Below, piece after piece: positions 1 to 12,300 of a stretch of 64,000 nt of DNA. Within the stretch, counting starts at the first letter, position 1. Each line of letters opens with the position of its first letter. Origin of the DNA: Zancudomyces culisetae HAW-14-8 (lineage: Eukaryota > Fungi > Kickxellomycota); NCBI GenBank assembly GCA_052426225.1, contig JBNJNM010000021.1, forward strand, positions 1,364,001-1,428,000. Direction: 5' to 3'. The notes under the pieces are model-generated. The model was not told the DNA's origin, made no database searches, and worked only from the letters and a program-made list of their open reading frames with translations. Made by a program: the position numbers and the translations under genes.

Positions 1-1
1 A

Positions 2-1228
2 ACAAGACCACCATGGCCAACAAGACCACCATGGCCAACAAGACCACCATGGCCAACAAGACCACCATGGCCAACAAGACCACCATGGCCAACAAGACCA
101 CCATGGCCAACAAGACCACCATGGCCAACAAGACCACCATGGCCAACAAGACCACCATGGCCAACAAGACCACCATGGCAAACAGGAACCGGCACAGAAC
201 CAACAGGAACCGGCACAGAACCAACAGGAACCGGCACAGAACCAACAGGAACCGGTACAGCACCAACAGGAACAGGCACAGCACCAACAGGTAGACCACC
301 TCGCCCACCTCGCCCACCATATCCTTGCCCACCATACTGGCCACACTGGCCACATCGCCCACCATACCCTCGACCACCATACTGGCCACACTGGCCACAT
401 CGCCCGCCATACCCTCGACCACCATATCCTCGCCCAACACACTGGCCACCATACCCTCGTCCAACACGAACCGGCACAGAACCAACAGGAACAGGCACAG
501 AACCAACAGGAACCGGTACAGCACCAACAGGTAGACCACCTCGCCCACCTCGCCCACCATACCCTCGACCACCATACCCTCGACCACCATACTGGCCACA
601 CTGGCCACATCGCCCACCATACCCTCGACCACCATACTGGCCACACTGGCCACATCGCCCGCCATACCCTCGACCACCATATCCTCGCCCAACACACTGG
701 CCACCATACCCTCGCCCAACAAGAACATGCACATCTGGAACAGGAACTGGTACAGAACCAACAGGAACAGAGCCAACAGGAACCAGTACAACAGAGGAAG
801 AGGGTACACCACCACCACCAACAATACCTGAGCCACCCCCATCGCACAGTAGCACACACCGTCCGCGCCCAACAAAAACCAGCACCATATGCACAACAGA
901 CGATGAGGGACCACCAATTATCATAACTATAACTTCTTCATCAACAATTAACACTACAGGTGAGATCGAATCGACTGAGCGGTCGACTACCACCACTACA
1001 AATACAGGCGAACCATGTGATAGTGAGGGGATTACCACAGTGATAATAAAAACCAAAACTAAAAGCAAAGTCAAGACAAAAACAAAGACCAAAACTAAGG
1101 TCATTGCCACCGATACTTGCGAAACCACGAGCACCAGCACCAGCACTAGCAGCTCCACTTCTACCCACTGTGGTCCAAGCACCAGCACACTAACTACATC
1201 AGATGAGTTGGGAGTAATGCCAGTATAG
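2..1228 (+). CDS. 3' part of Pro/Arg/Thr-rich repeat protein (paralog 1; 5' end outside window)
   Basis: Frame 2 is open from the window start to TAG at 1226-1228. It reads (TRPPWP)n, (TGTEPTG)n, RPPYWPHWPH repeats, then a C-terminus (TTDDEGPP...KTKTKSKVKTKTK...LGVMPV) nearly identical to 43181..47956. The 3' flank is also shared up to ~1394. Confidence 0.85.
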   Translation, partial: TRPPWPTRPPWPTRPPWPTRPPWPTRPPWPTRPPWPTRPPWPTRPPWPTRPPWPTRPPWQTGTGTEPTGTGTEPTGTGTEPTGTGTAPTGTGTAPTGRPPRPPRPPYPCPPYWPHWPHRPPYPRPPYWPHWPHRPPYPRPPYPRPTHWPPYPRPTRTGTEPTGTGTEPTGTGTAPTGRPPRPPRPPYPRPPYPRPPYWPHWPHRPPYPRPPYWPHWPHRPPYPRPPYPRPTHWPPYPRPTRTCTSGTGTGTEPTGTEPTGTSTTEEEGTPPPPTIPEPPPSHSSTHRPRPTKTSTICTTDDEGPPIIITITSSSTINTTGEIESTERSTTTTTNTGEPCDSEGITTVIIKTKTKSKVKTKTKTKTKVIATDTCETTSTSTSTSSSTSTHCGPSTSTLTTSDELGVMPV

Positions 1229-1792
1229 TACAGCTATAACTATATTTCACTACTTTTTTAATTTTTTTTTTCTTGAAGGCAAACACCTTTTAACACCTTT
1301 AGATTTATTTATTATTGAGCTTACCAAATAAAGCATAGACAAATTTTTAAATTATAAACCTAAGTAAAGTATCACGTGAGTCATTTAAATTGTATTATGC
1401 TTCACTTATCCAATTACAATTAAGAGTGTACAAATCTTTATTATAAATCGAAAATTCTTTCCTAGATACTATTTTTATCGATAAATCCATTACCTTAAAA
1501 TTTGGTAAAAAATTAAGCGATAAAAAGAGTGTTTAAATTTAGAAACTTAATACGTAATGATGTGTGTAATGACAGACATCACCGTATAATTATTATATAA
1601 TAATTAAAACTAACTAAATATAATAAATTTAAACCATATATAAACTGATATCCCCTGTTTCCTGATGAATCTTTACCATCGTTGAGCTAGGTATGTGTGG
1701 GACATAATTGTATCTGGATGTTCGCATAATAATAATAAGTTTTCATTTCATTCAACTAAACATATTGTTATGCTTCACTTATCCAGATACAA

Positions 1793-4453
1793 TTATGTAG
1801 CTTCAGAGTTCAAGATAAATTGAGTTAAATTTTCACGAGTTCTACGTGATAATTGATAATAAGTATCAAATATACCTTTACTTGCCCAAAATCCTTGTGC
1901 AATAACATCGTCGTATGTCGCGCCTAACTTTGTAGCTCTAGTAGATCCTAATGCTCGAGCTTTTGGTAACTTTGCGCTTTCTGGCAACTGCAAGAGTGAC
2001 ATCAATAAATTAATGTGTTTACTGATTCGTTGTGCCCCAATGTGTTTGTCGTTATACTTTAAGTTGCGGATAAGGTAGTGCAATTGTACTTCATCGAGGA
2101 TCGGATGGTTTGCAACACTCGGAAAAGTTGCAATGCGTTTTTTATATGCTCTATGTTACTACAGGACATAATTTATAGTCGCTATGTGTGTGGATTATAC
2201 TGACCTTTTCAATCGGATTTCCACTTCGCTTTTCTTTTGGTCCAACAATAACAAATTTAACATAATCTTTATTGATTTCCGTCTTTGAATCATCGATTCG
2301 TTCAATGTCAGAAGGTCTCAAAAATCCACAAATTGCTAGCAACCAACAAAATTTAATTGTTAAATTTTGCTTGCTCATTTTAAAATTTGAACCAAAATTT
2401 TTAATATGTTCGATAATCGGATTAATATCGTAGTTAGGGTTGTTAAAAGATCGAACTGAAGTTGAATCGAGCTGTTTTAAATAATCAATCATCAAAATAT
2501 CGCTGCTAAATGTTCGCCATTCAGCATTAATATCGATGATAGCAGACTTGTAGTTTTTTATAGTACCAACTTTTAAATTGTTACTAATACGATGTTCATC
2601 AAGGAAATTGATAACATCAACAACTGAAACGTTATTAATATCAAGTTTTGCAGACTCTAACCACTTAATAACCTTTACCTTGATGTTGTAATATTGTTTT
2701 TGTTTTGCCATATTTCGTTTACCAGTTGTCATTAACGTGATAACTGAATCTTTTAAACCCGTTTTTTCAAGGCGTGCGCGCTTAATTTCCAAGCCGTAAG
2801 CGACCATGTTTTGTTTATCTGTGTCACTTGCTTTCCGCTTTTTGGATCCGGAATTATCTGTGGAGCTAATATCTTGATCGGTGGAGCTATTAGCATGCTC
2901 TTGAGGTCTGGATACCATGGTGCTGACCTCCAAAACGGTGTTATCAATGTCGCTGATACTTTGTCCTGTCTGATCTTCTGTAATGTTTTCTGTATCAGAT
3001 TCCATGGTGGACAAAGGTATGGATTCGTCCAAATGCTCCAATGATGATTGAATGCATTCGTTTTCGCTGCTTCTGGTGTCCATTTCCAACTCACAAATGT
3101 TGGTAGTTTGTGGTTGTTGTTGTTGGCAAACATGTCCACATCGTGTGGACCGAACTGTTTCTGTATCTTCTGAAACATCTTGTCTGATAGTGACCACTCT
3201 GTTTGAGCTGTTAAACGTGATGGTGCATCCGCTGGATTCAGTATTGATGGCACATACTGAATCTGAACCCGAGTGCCATTGCTGATGCAATGTTTCCAAA
3301 TTGCTTCCGAAATGTCCATCAGATTCACTGATTTGGTTCCCCCATGCTTCTTGATGTAGCTGATTGAAGTGTTGTTGTCGCAATATACAACGACACTCTT
3401 TCCCTGAACCTGCGGCAGCTTCACTGCATACTGGATTGCTAATAATTCCTTCGCATTGATAGGGAGCTTCATCTGTTGTCGTGTCCATGTCCCCGTATAC
3501 TGTTTGCTGTCTATCACTATCCCCCAGTGATTGTCGCTCGCATCCGTATATACTTCTATCTCTGGGGTCTCCGGGAGCAAGCATAGACCATTCCATTGCT
3601 TCAGATGGTCCCTCCACCACGTCAGATTGTCCAGTGCGGGCTGATTCAGTGTTACCGGTGAACTCCAATCCGTGGTGCGTTTCAGAGTGTTGTTTTTGAG
3701 CTCTAACAACCTCCTGCTCATCAGTCGTCCCGGTCTGAGTGCTATATTCACTGCCTGCGTTTTGCCAATGAATGATGCCAGATCCTTCAGTGTTGTACAC
3801 CCTTTGTGTATCAACCTGGATGCCTCTCTCGCTAAATCTTTGAGTTTCTGTTTGGGTATCTTGAAACTCATCTGACGGCTGTTGATGTTCATCCCAAGAT
3901 GCGTAATACATTGTTTGGGATGTATTGATGACTTTTCCTGGTTGATCAGGAATCCCAGTTTCACCAGTTTCTTGGATACCATGTTTGTGAACTTTAGACA
4001 CTTTGTTTTTGTTGATCCTAAGATTAACAAATCGTCTAAGTAGCTCGACATTCGTATCCCGCGAGCTCTGGCCCATTTCAGTACTGATTTTAGTATTTTT
4101 GTGAATACTAGTGGGCTTAAAGATAGACCAAATGGGAGCACCCTGTACTGGTAGGTGCGACCGCCCCATGTAAACCTGAGATACTTTCTGAACGTTTTGT
4201 TGATCAATACGTGTAGGAAAGCATCGCTGAGGTCTATGCTGGTCATATAATCCCCTTTGCGGATCATTCTGGAGATAGTTGTGAGCGACTCCATCTTGAA
4301 ATGTCGCTGTGGGATGTACTGATTTAAAGGTCTTAAATTCAGTACCATCCGTGTGCCTCCGTTCTTCTTTGGGATTGTAAACGAATTTGAGTAGAACCCT
4401 GGCTGCGCGGATGAAGCTTCCTCTATTGCTTTCTTTGACAAATGGTTTGCTAT
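1793..4453 (-). pseudogene. DIRS tyrosine recombinase (YR) frame, frameshifted near 2150
   Basis: GFLRPSDI, KEKR, KARALGST, QGFW and FDTYY motifs lie across ORFs 2151..4490 and 1793..2083; the N-terminal part overlaps the RT frame. Confidence 0.85.
2753..4453 (-). pseudogene. DIRS RT + RNase H + adenine-methyltransferase-like domain (N-terminus truncated)
   Basis: DLSDAF, LPFGL, YLDD, YTDAS, INAKEL, YCDN, NPADAPSR, then DMFA...PYLCPPW. Confidence 0.9.
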
Positions 4454-4862
4454 TGTCATGATTTATCATGCCATTTGTAATTAAATACACGTGTTGTATT
4501 TAATTACTAAATTGCTGCGCAATTTTGTCAAAAATCATTTTGGGAAATTTAATTTTGTTGATTGCGCAGTAGATTAAGTAATTTAGAAACGTGTTAAAAT
4601 TACGACATTTTGCTGCGCAATTACACGTTTTACATTACTAATCAATTGATTAGTAATCAATCTAGAATTCTAACACACTAGAATATTCTACACAGTTACA
4701 ACTATGTTTTTCATAGTTTTTTAGTAGTTTTGGAAAAGTATATATAGCCATAGATTTTATTGAAAGAGAACTTCAGCAATAAAATATCTTCACAAGATAT
4801 ATACTACTTTAAATAACTAAATAATATAAAATAAAATAATACTTAGTTGTCAGGTCCTGACA
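4454..4862 (+). repeat. G1 5' LTR
   Basis: tgtcatga...tcctgaca; homologous to 15854-16262 and, reversed, to 38962-39787. Confidence 0.93.
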
Positions 4863-4899
4863 TTATTTTATTGCTACTTCAACTACCTATTATTTTACC

Positions 4900-5793
4900 A
4901 TGTATGACGAACAGTTAAACCAGTTAACTGCCGAACTCCAAGCTCTCAGAGAAGAGAATGCCAGGTTACAAGCGTTGCAAGCCGCAACCCAAGATCAGCC
5001 AGTACCTACCGCCTTGCCAGTCCAAGCCCCAGCCCAAGCTCCCGCTCAGTTTCCAGCCCATGTCCCATCAGCCAGAATTGCCTTGCCAGAGAGGTACGAT
5101 GGAGACCGAAGTCAGTTCAGAGGTTTCACGAATCAATGCCGTCTTCTATTCTTTACTCATCCCGACCACTACCCGTCCCAAACCAATATGGTAGGGTTGA
5201 TCATGTCTCTTCTTACTGGAAACGCACTAAGATGGGCAAGCCCTTATATTGAGAAGGGTAGCCCAGTGCTCCAAGATTATGAACTCTTTATGAAGGAGTT
5301 CTCAAAGGTGTTCGATGACCCACAACGAACACAGACCGCAAACGACGCCATCCGTGCGCTCCGCCAAGGTTCTACAACAGTATCAATGTACTCTTCTGAG
5401 TTCAGAAGACTCATGATGGACCTAGACTGGAACGAGTCCGCTCTCGTATCCCAGTTCGCAGAAGGTCTCAACGAAAACATTTTGGATACCCTTGCCTTGT
5501 TCCAGACACCTTCAGACCTAGAAGGGTATATCAATGCAGCTATCACAGTTGACACCAGACTCACCAGACGGAAGGAAGAGAAAGCCAGGAGACGCAGAGG
5601 AATCCAACCATCAATATCAACCACCACGCAAACCACAGAACCCATGCAAGTAGACAGTGTTCATCGCACTGTATCCCAGCCTGAACGTGACCGTAGAATG
5701 AAACTTGGACTTTGCTTCTACTGTGGTGGTGAAAAGCACCAAGCCCAAAATTACCCAGAAAAATCCAAGAAGCCCAAGCCGGGAAACCAATAG
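4900..5793 (+). CDS. G1 Gag
   Basis: LPERYDG capsid motif, EPMQVD, zinc knuckle CFYCGGEKHQAQNY (last Cys changed to Tyr). Confidence 0.9.
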   Translation: MYDEQLNQLTAELQALREENARLQALQAATQDQPVPTALPVQAPAQAPAQFPAHVPSARIALPERYDGDRSQFRGFTNQCRLLFFTHPDHYPSQTNMVGLIMSLLTGNALRWASPYIEKGSPVLQDYELFMKEFSKVFDDPQRTQTANDAIRALRQGSTTVSMYSSEFRRLMMDLDWNESALVSQFAEGLNENILDTLALFQTPSDLEGYINAAITVDTRLTRRKEEKARRRRGIQPSISTTTQTTEPMQVDSVHRTVSQPERDRRMKLGLCFYCGGEKHQAQNYPEKSKKPKPGNQ

Positions 5794-8700
5794 GTTCAGG
5801 TTCAGAACGGAAGCAAACCCTGAACCTACAAGATGCTTCCACAGTTTCCATGAAGTCCGAACCCATGTCTATGACAGTTCCAAAACAAAGTCCTAACCCC
5901 GTCCTTAACCATCCACACCGTTTCATGATTCCTGTCACAGTCCACATGCCAAGCAAGCTCAGCTTTAAGATCATGGCCATGATCGATTCAGGTGCTTCAG
6001 GAATGTTTATCAACAAGAAAATTGTAGACTCAAAGCATATTCGTACCCAAGCCAAGAAAGACCCAGTCTCAGTTGAGTTCATAGATGGTAGTCCGTTGAC
6101 CGAAGGCCCAATTACCCATCACACCAAGCCACTCAAGATTCAGATTCAAAGTAACCACTGTGAACTAGCTGTATTCGACGTTATGACTTGTTATCATGCT
6201 GATATGATTTTGGGTCTCCCGTGGCTAGAACTTCATGACCCTGCTATTAATTGGAAAACCCGTTCCATATTGTTTGACAAAGACTACTGTAACAAGAATT
6301 GTTTTAAACTTCTAAAGAATACTTTCAAAAAAAGATGTACTAAACAACGTAAGCGACAGTTCAATTATGAGACCGGACCTATAGTCGGAACACCACCAGG
6401 GCTACAATCATATCAACCAATGGGTTTACCTATAGTAAACAGTAGTCAAAGAAACCACAGCAAACCACAAGTCCAAGAAGACCACAGCCAAGAAACTCAT
6501 AGCCATGCAATTAAAACCCATAGCCAAGAAAACCACAGCCATGCAATTAAAACCCATAACCAAGAAAACCACAGCCAAGAAAACCACAGCCAAGAAAACC
6601 ACAGCCAAGAAAACAATAGTCAAGGAATCAATAGTCAAGGAATCAATAGTCAAGGAATCAATAGTCAAGGAATCAATAGTCAAGGAAACCACAGCAAACC
6701 ACAAGTCCAAGAAGACCACAGCCGAGCTAACAACAATCAAGAAACCAAAGTCCAAGATTTCCACTGCCAAGGTACCCAAACTCAAAGCCAAGAAACCCAA
6801 ATTCATGATGAACAGGAGCCTCACCAAGTAGACATCCTCAATGATTTCCACTTTGATCCTACTGATACTTTTGAGTTAGAATCTATCTTAGATGCTAACT
6901 ACTTTTCTGACTCCTCGTCTTGTTCAGAAATGAGTATAGAATCGCAATCTTCCACATCCGATCGCTCCAGTGTTTCTGAATACCTAGACCTACCAATGGA
7001 TGAGGCTCCACCCATTCCACCCATTCCTCTCATGATTAGACCAATGACTCCACCACCTGCAGACCCAGTGGAACCAATCAGAAAACGCCCAAGTAACATC
7101 ATACTGAACGAGCCGTACCCCACCAAGAAAAAGAAACTTACAGTATCACACATGATTGGTCTCATCAGCCAAGCCAAGCCTAGTCTACCAACGACCGAAG
7201 AAGTTACCATTCCTGCCAAATACCATGATCTCCGCCAAGCCTTTGATAAACAAATGGCTGACACCTTACCACCTCACAGAGAATACGATTGCCCCATAGA
7301 CCTGGTTCCTGATGCTAAGCTACCGTATGGCCCAATCTACCCTCTGGCTCCCAAAGAAAGGAAAGTCCTCAAAGAGTATATCGATGAAAACCTAGCCAAG
7401 GGGTTTATTGTTAAATCCATGTCTCCTGCTGCCGCACCCGTCTTTTTCACGGGTAAATAAGATGGTTCACTAAGACTCGTCGTTGACTACAGAGAGCTCA
7501 ACAAGGTCGTCATACGCAACCGGTATCCATTACCGTTGATGACTGAGCTGCTAGAAAGAGTACAGCAATCCAAGAACTTCACCAAACTCGATCTTCGTGG
7601 TGCATACAACCTCGTGCGTATTCGTAAAGGTGACGAGGAAAAAACTGCTTTCCGCACACAGTATGGCCACTTTGAGTATAGAGTAATGCCATTTGGGCTT
7701 GCAAATGCCCCTGCAACGTTCCAGTCTTTTGTCAATGATATCTTCAGAGACATACTTGATTTGTATGTTGTCATATATCTGGATGACATTCTCATATTCT
7801 CCGCAAGTCCTGAAGAGCATACACTTCATGTCCGATCTGTACTTGAACGCCTAATAAAAAACAAACTCTATGCCAAACTAGAAAAATGTGAGTTTGACAA
7901 GGATAGAGTGGATTTTCTGGGATATGTCATCACGCCTGCCGGATTATCCATGGACCCCTCACGTATCGCCGCAATCAAAGACTGGGCCACACCACAATCT
8001 GTAAAGGACATTCAAGTATTCCTAGGCTTTGTCAACTTCTATCGCCGATTCATTGATAACCACTCCAAGATAGTACAACCAATTACTTCACTGTTAAAGA
8101 AAAATGTCCAGTTTATCTGGGGCCCCGCTCAACAGTCAGCATTTGAAGAGCTAAAAGCCAAATGTACCTCCTCACCAGTTCTTGCGCACCCGGACCCCAA
8201 CAAACAGTTCATACTGGAGTGTGATGCTTCAAACTATGCTCTCGGTGCTGTTCTGTCTCAGAAGCACGATGGTGTCACACATCCAGTAGCCTTCTATTCC
8301 AGAACTCTTAACCCTGCGGAACAGAACTATCACATCTATGATAAGGAGCTGCTCGCAATTAAATGCGCTCTTGAACAATGGAGACATCATTTGGAAGGTG
8401 CCTCATATCCTGTCCTTGTAATCACAGACCACAAAAACTTGGAATATTTTCGCTCAGCCAAGATACTTAACCAGAGACAAGCCAGGTGGGCACTTTTCCT
8501 AACCAGATTCGACATTGAATTGTCTTACCGGCCAGGAACTCAGAACGGAAAGGCCGATGCTCTATCCCGAAAAGATGAGCATAAGAGGGGGGTAGATAAT
8601 CTTGATCCCCGTCCCATTTGGCAGCCTAAGATTATCGTTGGTTCAATAGATACTAGCCAGTCCAGCGATCTCATGTCAATGATACTATCCATGACCAAGA

Positions 8701-9307
8701 CCAGTAACGAAGCCCAAGCCCTGATAACCAAGTCCAAGTTACCGTCCTCAAAGCTCACAGTCACAGAAGGCCTAGTCAGATACAAGGGCCTAGTCTATGT
8801 TCCAGAACCACTTAGACTCCAAATCCTTGAAATGTGCCATGATTCACTGCTTGCTGGCCATTTCGGTAGAAGCAAGACACACAGCCTTATATCCCGTAAG
8901 TATTGATGGCCAGGAATTCGAACCACTATTCAGGAATACTGTCAAAACTGGTTTAGGAATATTTAGCTTAGTACTATTTTATTTATAATTATAAGACAAT
9001 TGTTGTCAGATAAGGAATAGAAATTTTAAGGAAAAAACTAGGGTTTTTATACTTATAAAAAAGTTAGAAACTTGAATAAAAATTATTGCTTCTATCGCTT
9101 GATTACTAATCAAAATGTTCTAGACAGGAACTTATTATTAAAATCATTAAGTAATAATAAAATTTCTAGAATGTTCTTAGAAAATGATGAAATGATAATT
9201 ACGAATTTATTAAATAAAATTCGTAATTTAAACTTACCAATAAATATAAATAGACAAAACGGTCTAGAATTTAATTATATTTTATGGTTATGACAGTATC
9301 TCCCTCT

Positions 9308-12300
9308 TTAATGGTGAGCACCGCGAGGCTTAGGTCTTGTGGGGTTCCGCAGATGATAGTCCTTGACCAACTCTTGTGCATTTTCTAAGTTTATGGCAGG
9401 TTCCCACGATCTAGAGTCTATATCGTATCCCTTCCAATCAACTAGGTACTCAAGATTGTTGTACCTGACTCTGCTATCAAGTATCTGTTCTACTTCATAT
9501 TCATTTTGACCATTTATAACTATAGGGGGAGGGGTTTCTTGAATACGATCCATGGTTTCTTTTCTTACGACTGGTTCCAGAAGTGAGACATTGAATACTG
9601 GATGTATGCGCATGGAGTCCGGCAGTTCCAACTTGTAGGCAGAGTTTCCAACTTTTTGGATGACTTTGTATGGACCAATTTTAGTATAATCCAACTTGTT
9701 GTTTGGTCTAGTAGTTTTGATGTATTTTTTGTTGAGTCATACAAATGAACCGATAGGGAAGTCAGGGGGTTGCATTCTATTCTTGTTATATGCTTTAGCA
9801 TATCTAGTATTAGCTTCTTTTATAATTTGGATCAACTTTTTATGTGTAATAGAAATGATGGAAGCGAGGTCAGATGCTGCGGGTGAATGTGATATGAATG
9901 ATATCTTTAAGTTGGGGAGAGAAGTTGGATGGTATCCAAAGTTAGCGAAGAAAGGGCTGAACTTCGTTGTAGAATGTTGTGAGTTGTTATAGGAGTATTC
10001 AGCTAGCGACAGCAGCTCGGACCAGTTGTTTTGATTGTAGTTACAGTAGAATCGTAGGTATTGTTCTAAAACCTGGTTGACACGCTCGGTTTGGCCATCT
10101 GACTGAGGATGAAAGGCTGTGGATAAATTTGTTTTTATGTTTAGTAGTTTCATGAGGGTTGACCAAAATTTTGAAGTAAATATAGAACCTCTGTCAGATA
10201 CAATATTTGTGGGGAGACCATGTAGTCGGTATATGTGAGTGAGAAACAGTTTAGCAGTTTGGGAAGCACTAATCGTATTTGTTGTTGGTATAAAATGGGA
10301 CATCTTAGTAAACCGATCTACAACAACTAAGATAGCATTATATCCATGGGAGTCAGGTAAGCTCACAATAAAATCCATAGATATGGACTCCCATGGTTTA
10401 AGGGGCACTGGTAGGGATTGCAGGTATCCATATGGTTTATGTCGTAAAAATTTGCATCTATTGCATAGGTCGCAAGTTGCTATGTAATCTTCTACGAATC
10501 TTCTCATGCTTGGCCAGTAATAATTTCTGGTGATGAGTTCTAAGGTCTTTAATCTTCCTAAGTGACCAGCAGTGTTTGAGTTATGATGGTTGTAGAGTAT
10601 TTGTAGCTTGATGTTGTTACTATTTGGTACATAAAGTAGTCCTTTGTAAAATAGTAGTCCATTGGTTAATTTGAAGTCAGACAGGCGTTTTGATAAAATA
10701 GGTGGAGGTCTAAGCTTAGGGTTTTGTAGGTGTTTGAATATGGTATAGATGTAGGGGTCTATTGAGTAGGCATTTTCAATATCTGTTATCAAGTTATCAT
10801 TGTTTTGTAGTCGTTCTACTGCTGAAATAATCAATTGTTCCGGCTTTAATAGAACGTTACTGTTAGTTATAGCACCATCCCCCTCTTTAGGGTAATGGTC
10901 CGGACGACGAGATAAAGCATCAGGTTTTCCGTTTTGAGATCCAGGTGCATATTTGATTACGAAGTCATAATTTCCTAGAAGTTCGGACCATCTTGCTTGT
11001 CGTCGGTTCAGTGTTTTCGTTGTAGTGAAGTAGACCAAGTTTTTGTGGTCAGTAATAACTGTTATTTGATGATGCGCACCTTCCAAATATGCTCTCCACT
11101 CCTTGAATGCTTCAACTATTGCAAGAAGCTCCTTATCGTAAATTTCATAGTTCAATTCGGCGGGCTGTAGCTTCCGTGAATAGTATGCGATGGGATGCAT
11201 AATGTTATTTTCGTCTGTCTGTGAAATTACTCCTCCCAGAGCAAAATCGGAAGCGTCAGTTTCTACTGTAATAGGTTTGTTCGGATCAAAGTACTTCAAT
11301 ATTGGTGCAGAGGTGAAAGCCTTTTTGAGAGCTTCGAACGAGGACTGAGCTATGTCGGACCAGTCCCACTTCATATTTTTTTGAAGTAGTTTAGTAATTG
11401 GGGTAACGATTGCAGAAAAGTTTTTGATGAATCGGCGATAGAAATTTGCAAACCCGAGGAAAGACTGAATATCTTTTACACAGGTTGGGGTGGGCCAGTT
11501 GTTAACAGCATCTGTTTTGCATGGGTCCATTTGTACGCCGTCATCAGAGACAATGTATCCTAAAAACTCTACGCTACGTTTATGAAATGTGCATTTTTCT
11601 AATTTTGCATATAATGAGTATTTTCGTAGACGTGAAAGTACTTCTCGGACGTGAGTGATGTGATCTTCAAGGTGGTTACTATATATAAGGACATCATCTA
11701 AGTAAGCTACTGCGAATTTATCCAAAAAATCAGATAGAACGTCGTTCATAAGGTGTTGAAAAGAAGCAGGAGCGTTGCAGAGGCCAAAAGGCATGACCTG
11801 GTATTCATAATGCCCATACCGGGTTCGGAATGCCGTTTTCCATTCTTCGCCTTCAGCAATTCTTATTAAGTTGTAGGCACCACGTAAATCTATCTTTGTA
11901 AATATCTTAGCTTGTCTGAATCTGTCTAGGAGTTCGCTGATAAGAGGTAGAGGATATCGATTCTTTATTGTTACTTTGTTTAGCCCTCTGTAGTCTACGC
12001 ATAACCTTAGCGAACCATCCTTTTTCTTTACAAATAGTATAGGTGCACCGGCTGGTGACGACGAAGATCGGATAAAGCCCTTATCTAAATTCTCCTTAAG
12101 ATATTCTCTAAGTGCCGATAACTCTAGTTCCGATAGGAGTATATGGGTCCAAATGGCGGTACCGAATTAGGTTCTAAGGGTATCTTATGATCGTATGACC
12201 TGTGAGGAGGTAATTGATCGGAGAAGGTTTTGTCGAATATATCTTGGAAGTCTAGGTATTCAGGGGGGATGGATACATATTTGGAATCAATATGATTGTG

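Larger units (their letters stand above)
1395..4453 (-). mobile_element. DIRS-type tyrosine-recombinase retrotransposon, copy 1 (5'-truncated)
   Basis: Overlapping RT-RNaseH-MTase and YR frames. Terminus set at 1395 because homology to the paralog-2 flank (tttaaattgta, 48112-48122) stops at 1394. Cut at 4454 by the G1 LTR. Confidence 0.9.

Noticed and set aside
1-534. (MANKTT)n ORF; 18-bp repeats as a CRISPR or telomeric array
   Set aside because: Alternate frame of TRPPWP coding repeats; no unique spacers and no cas genes.
1655-1730. CTGATGA as a hammerhead ribozyme core (also at ~31297 and ~32605)
   Set aside because: No properly placed stem II plus GAAA and stem III could be built.
9072-9293. 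73-aa ORF repeated at 14453-14674
   Set aside because: Lies within the AT-rich G2 LTRs, starts with TTG, and has no coding features.
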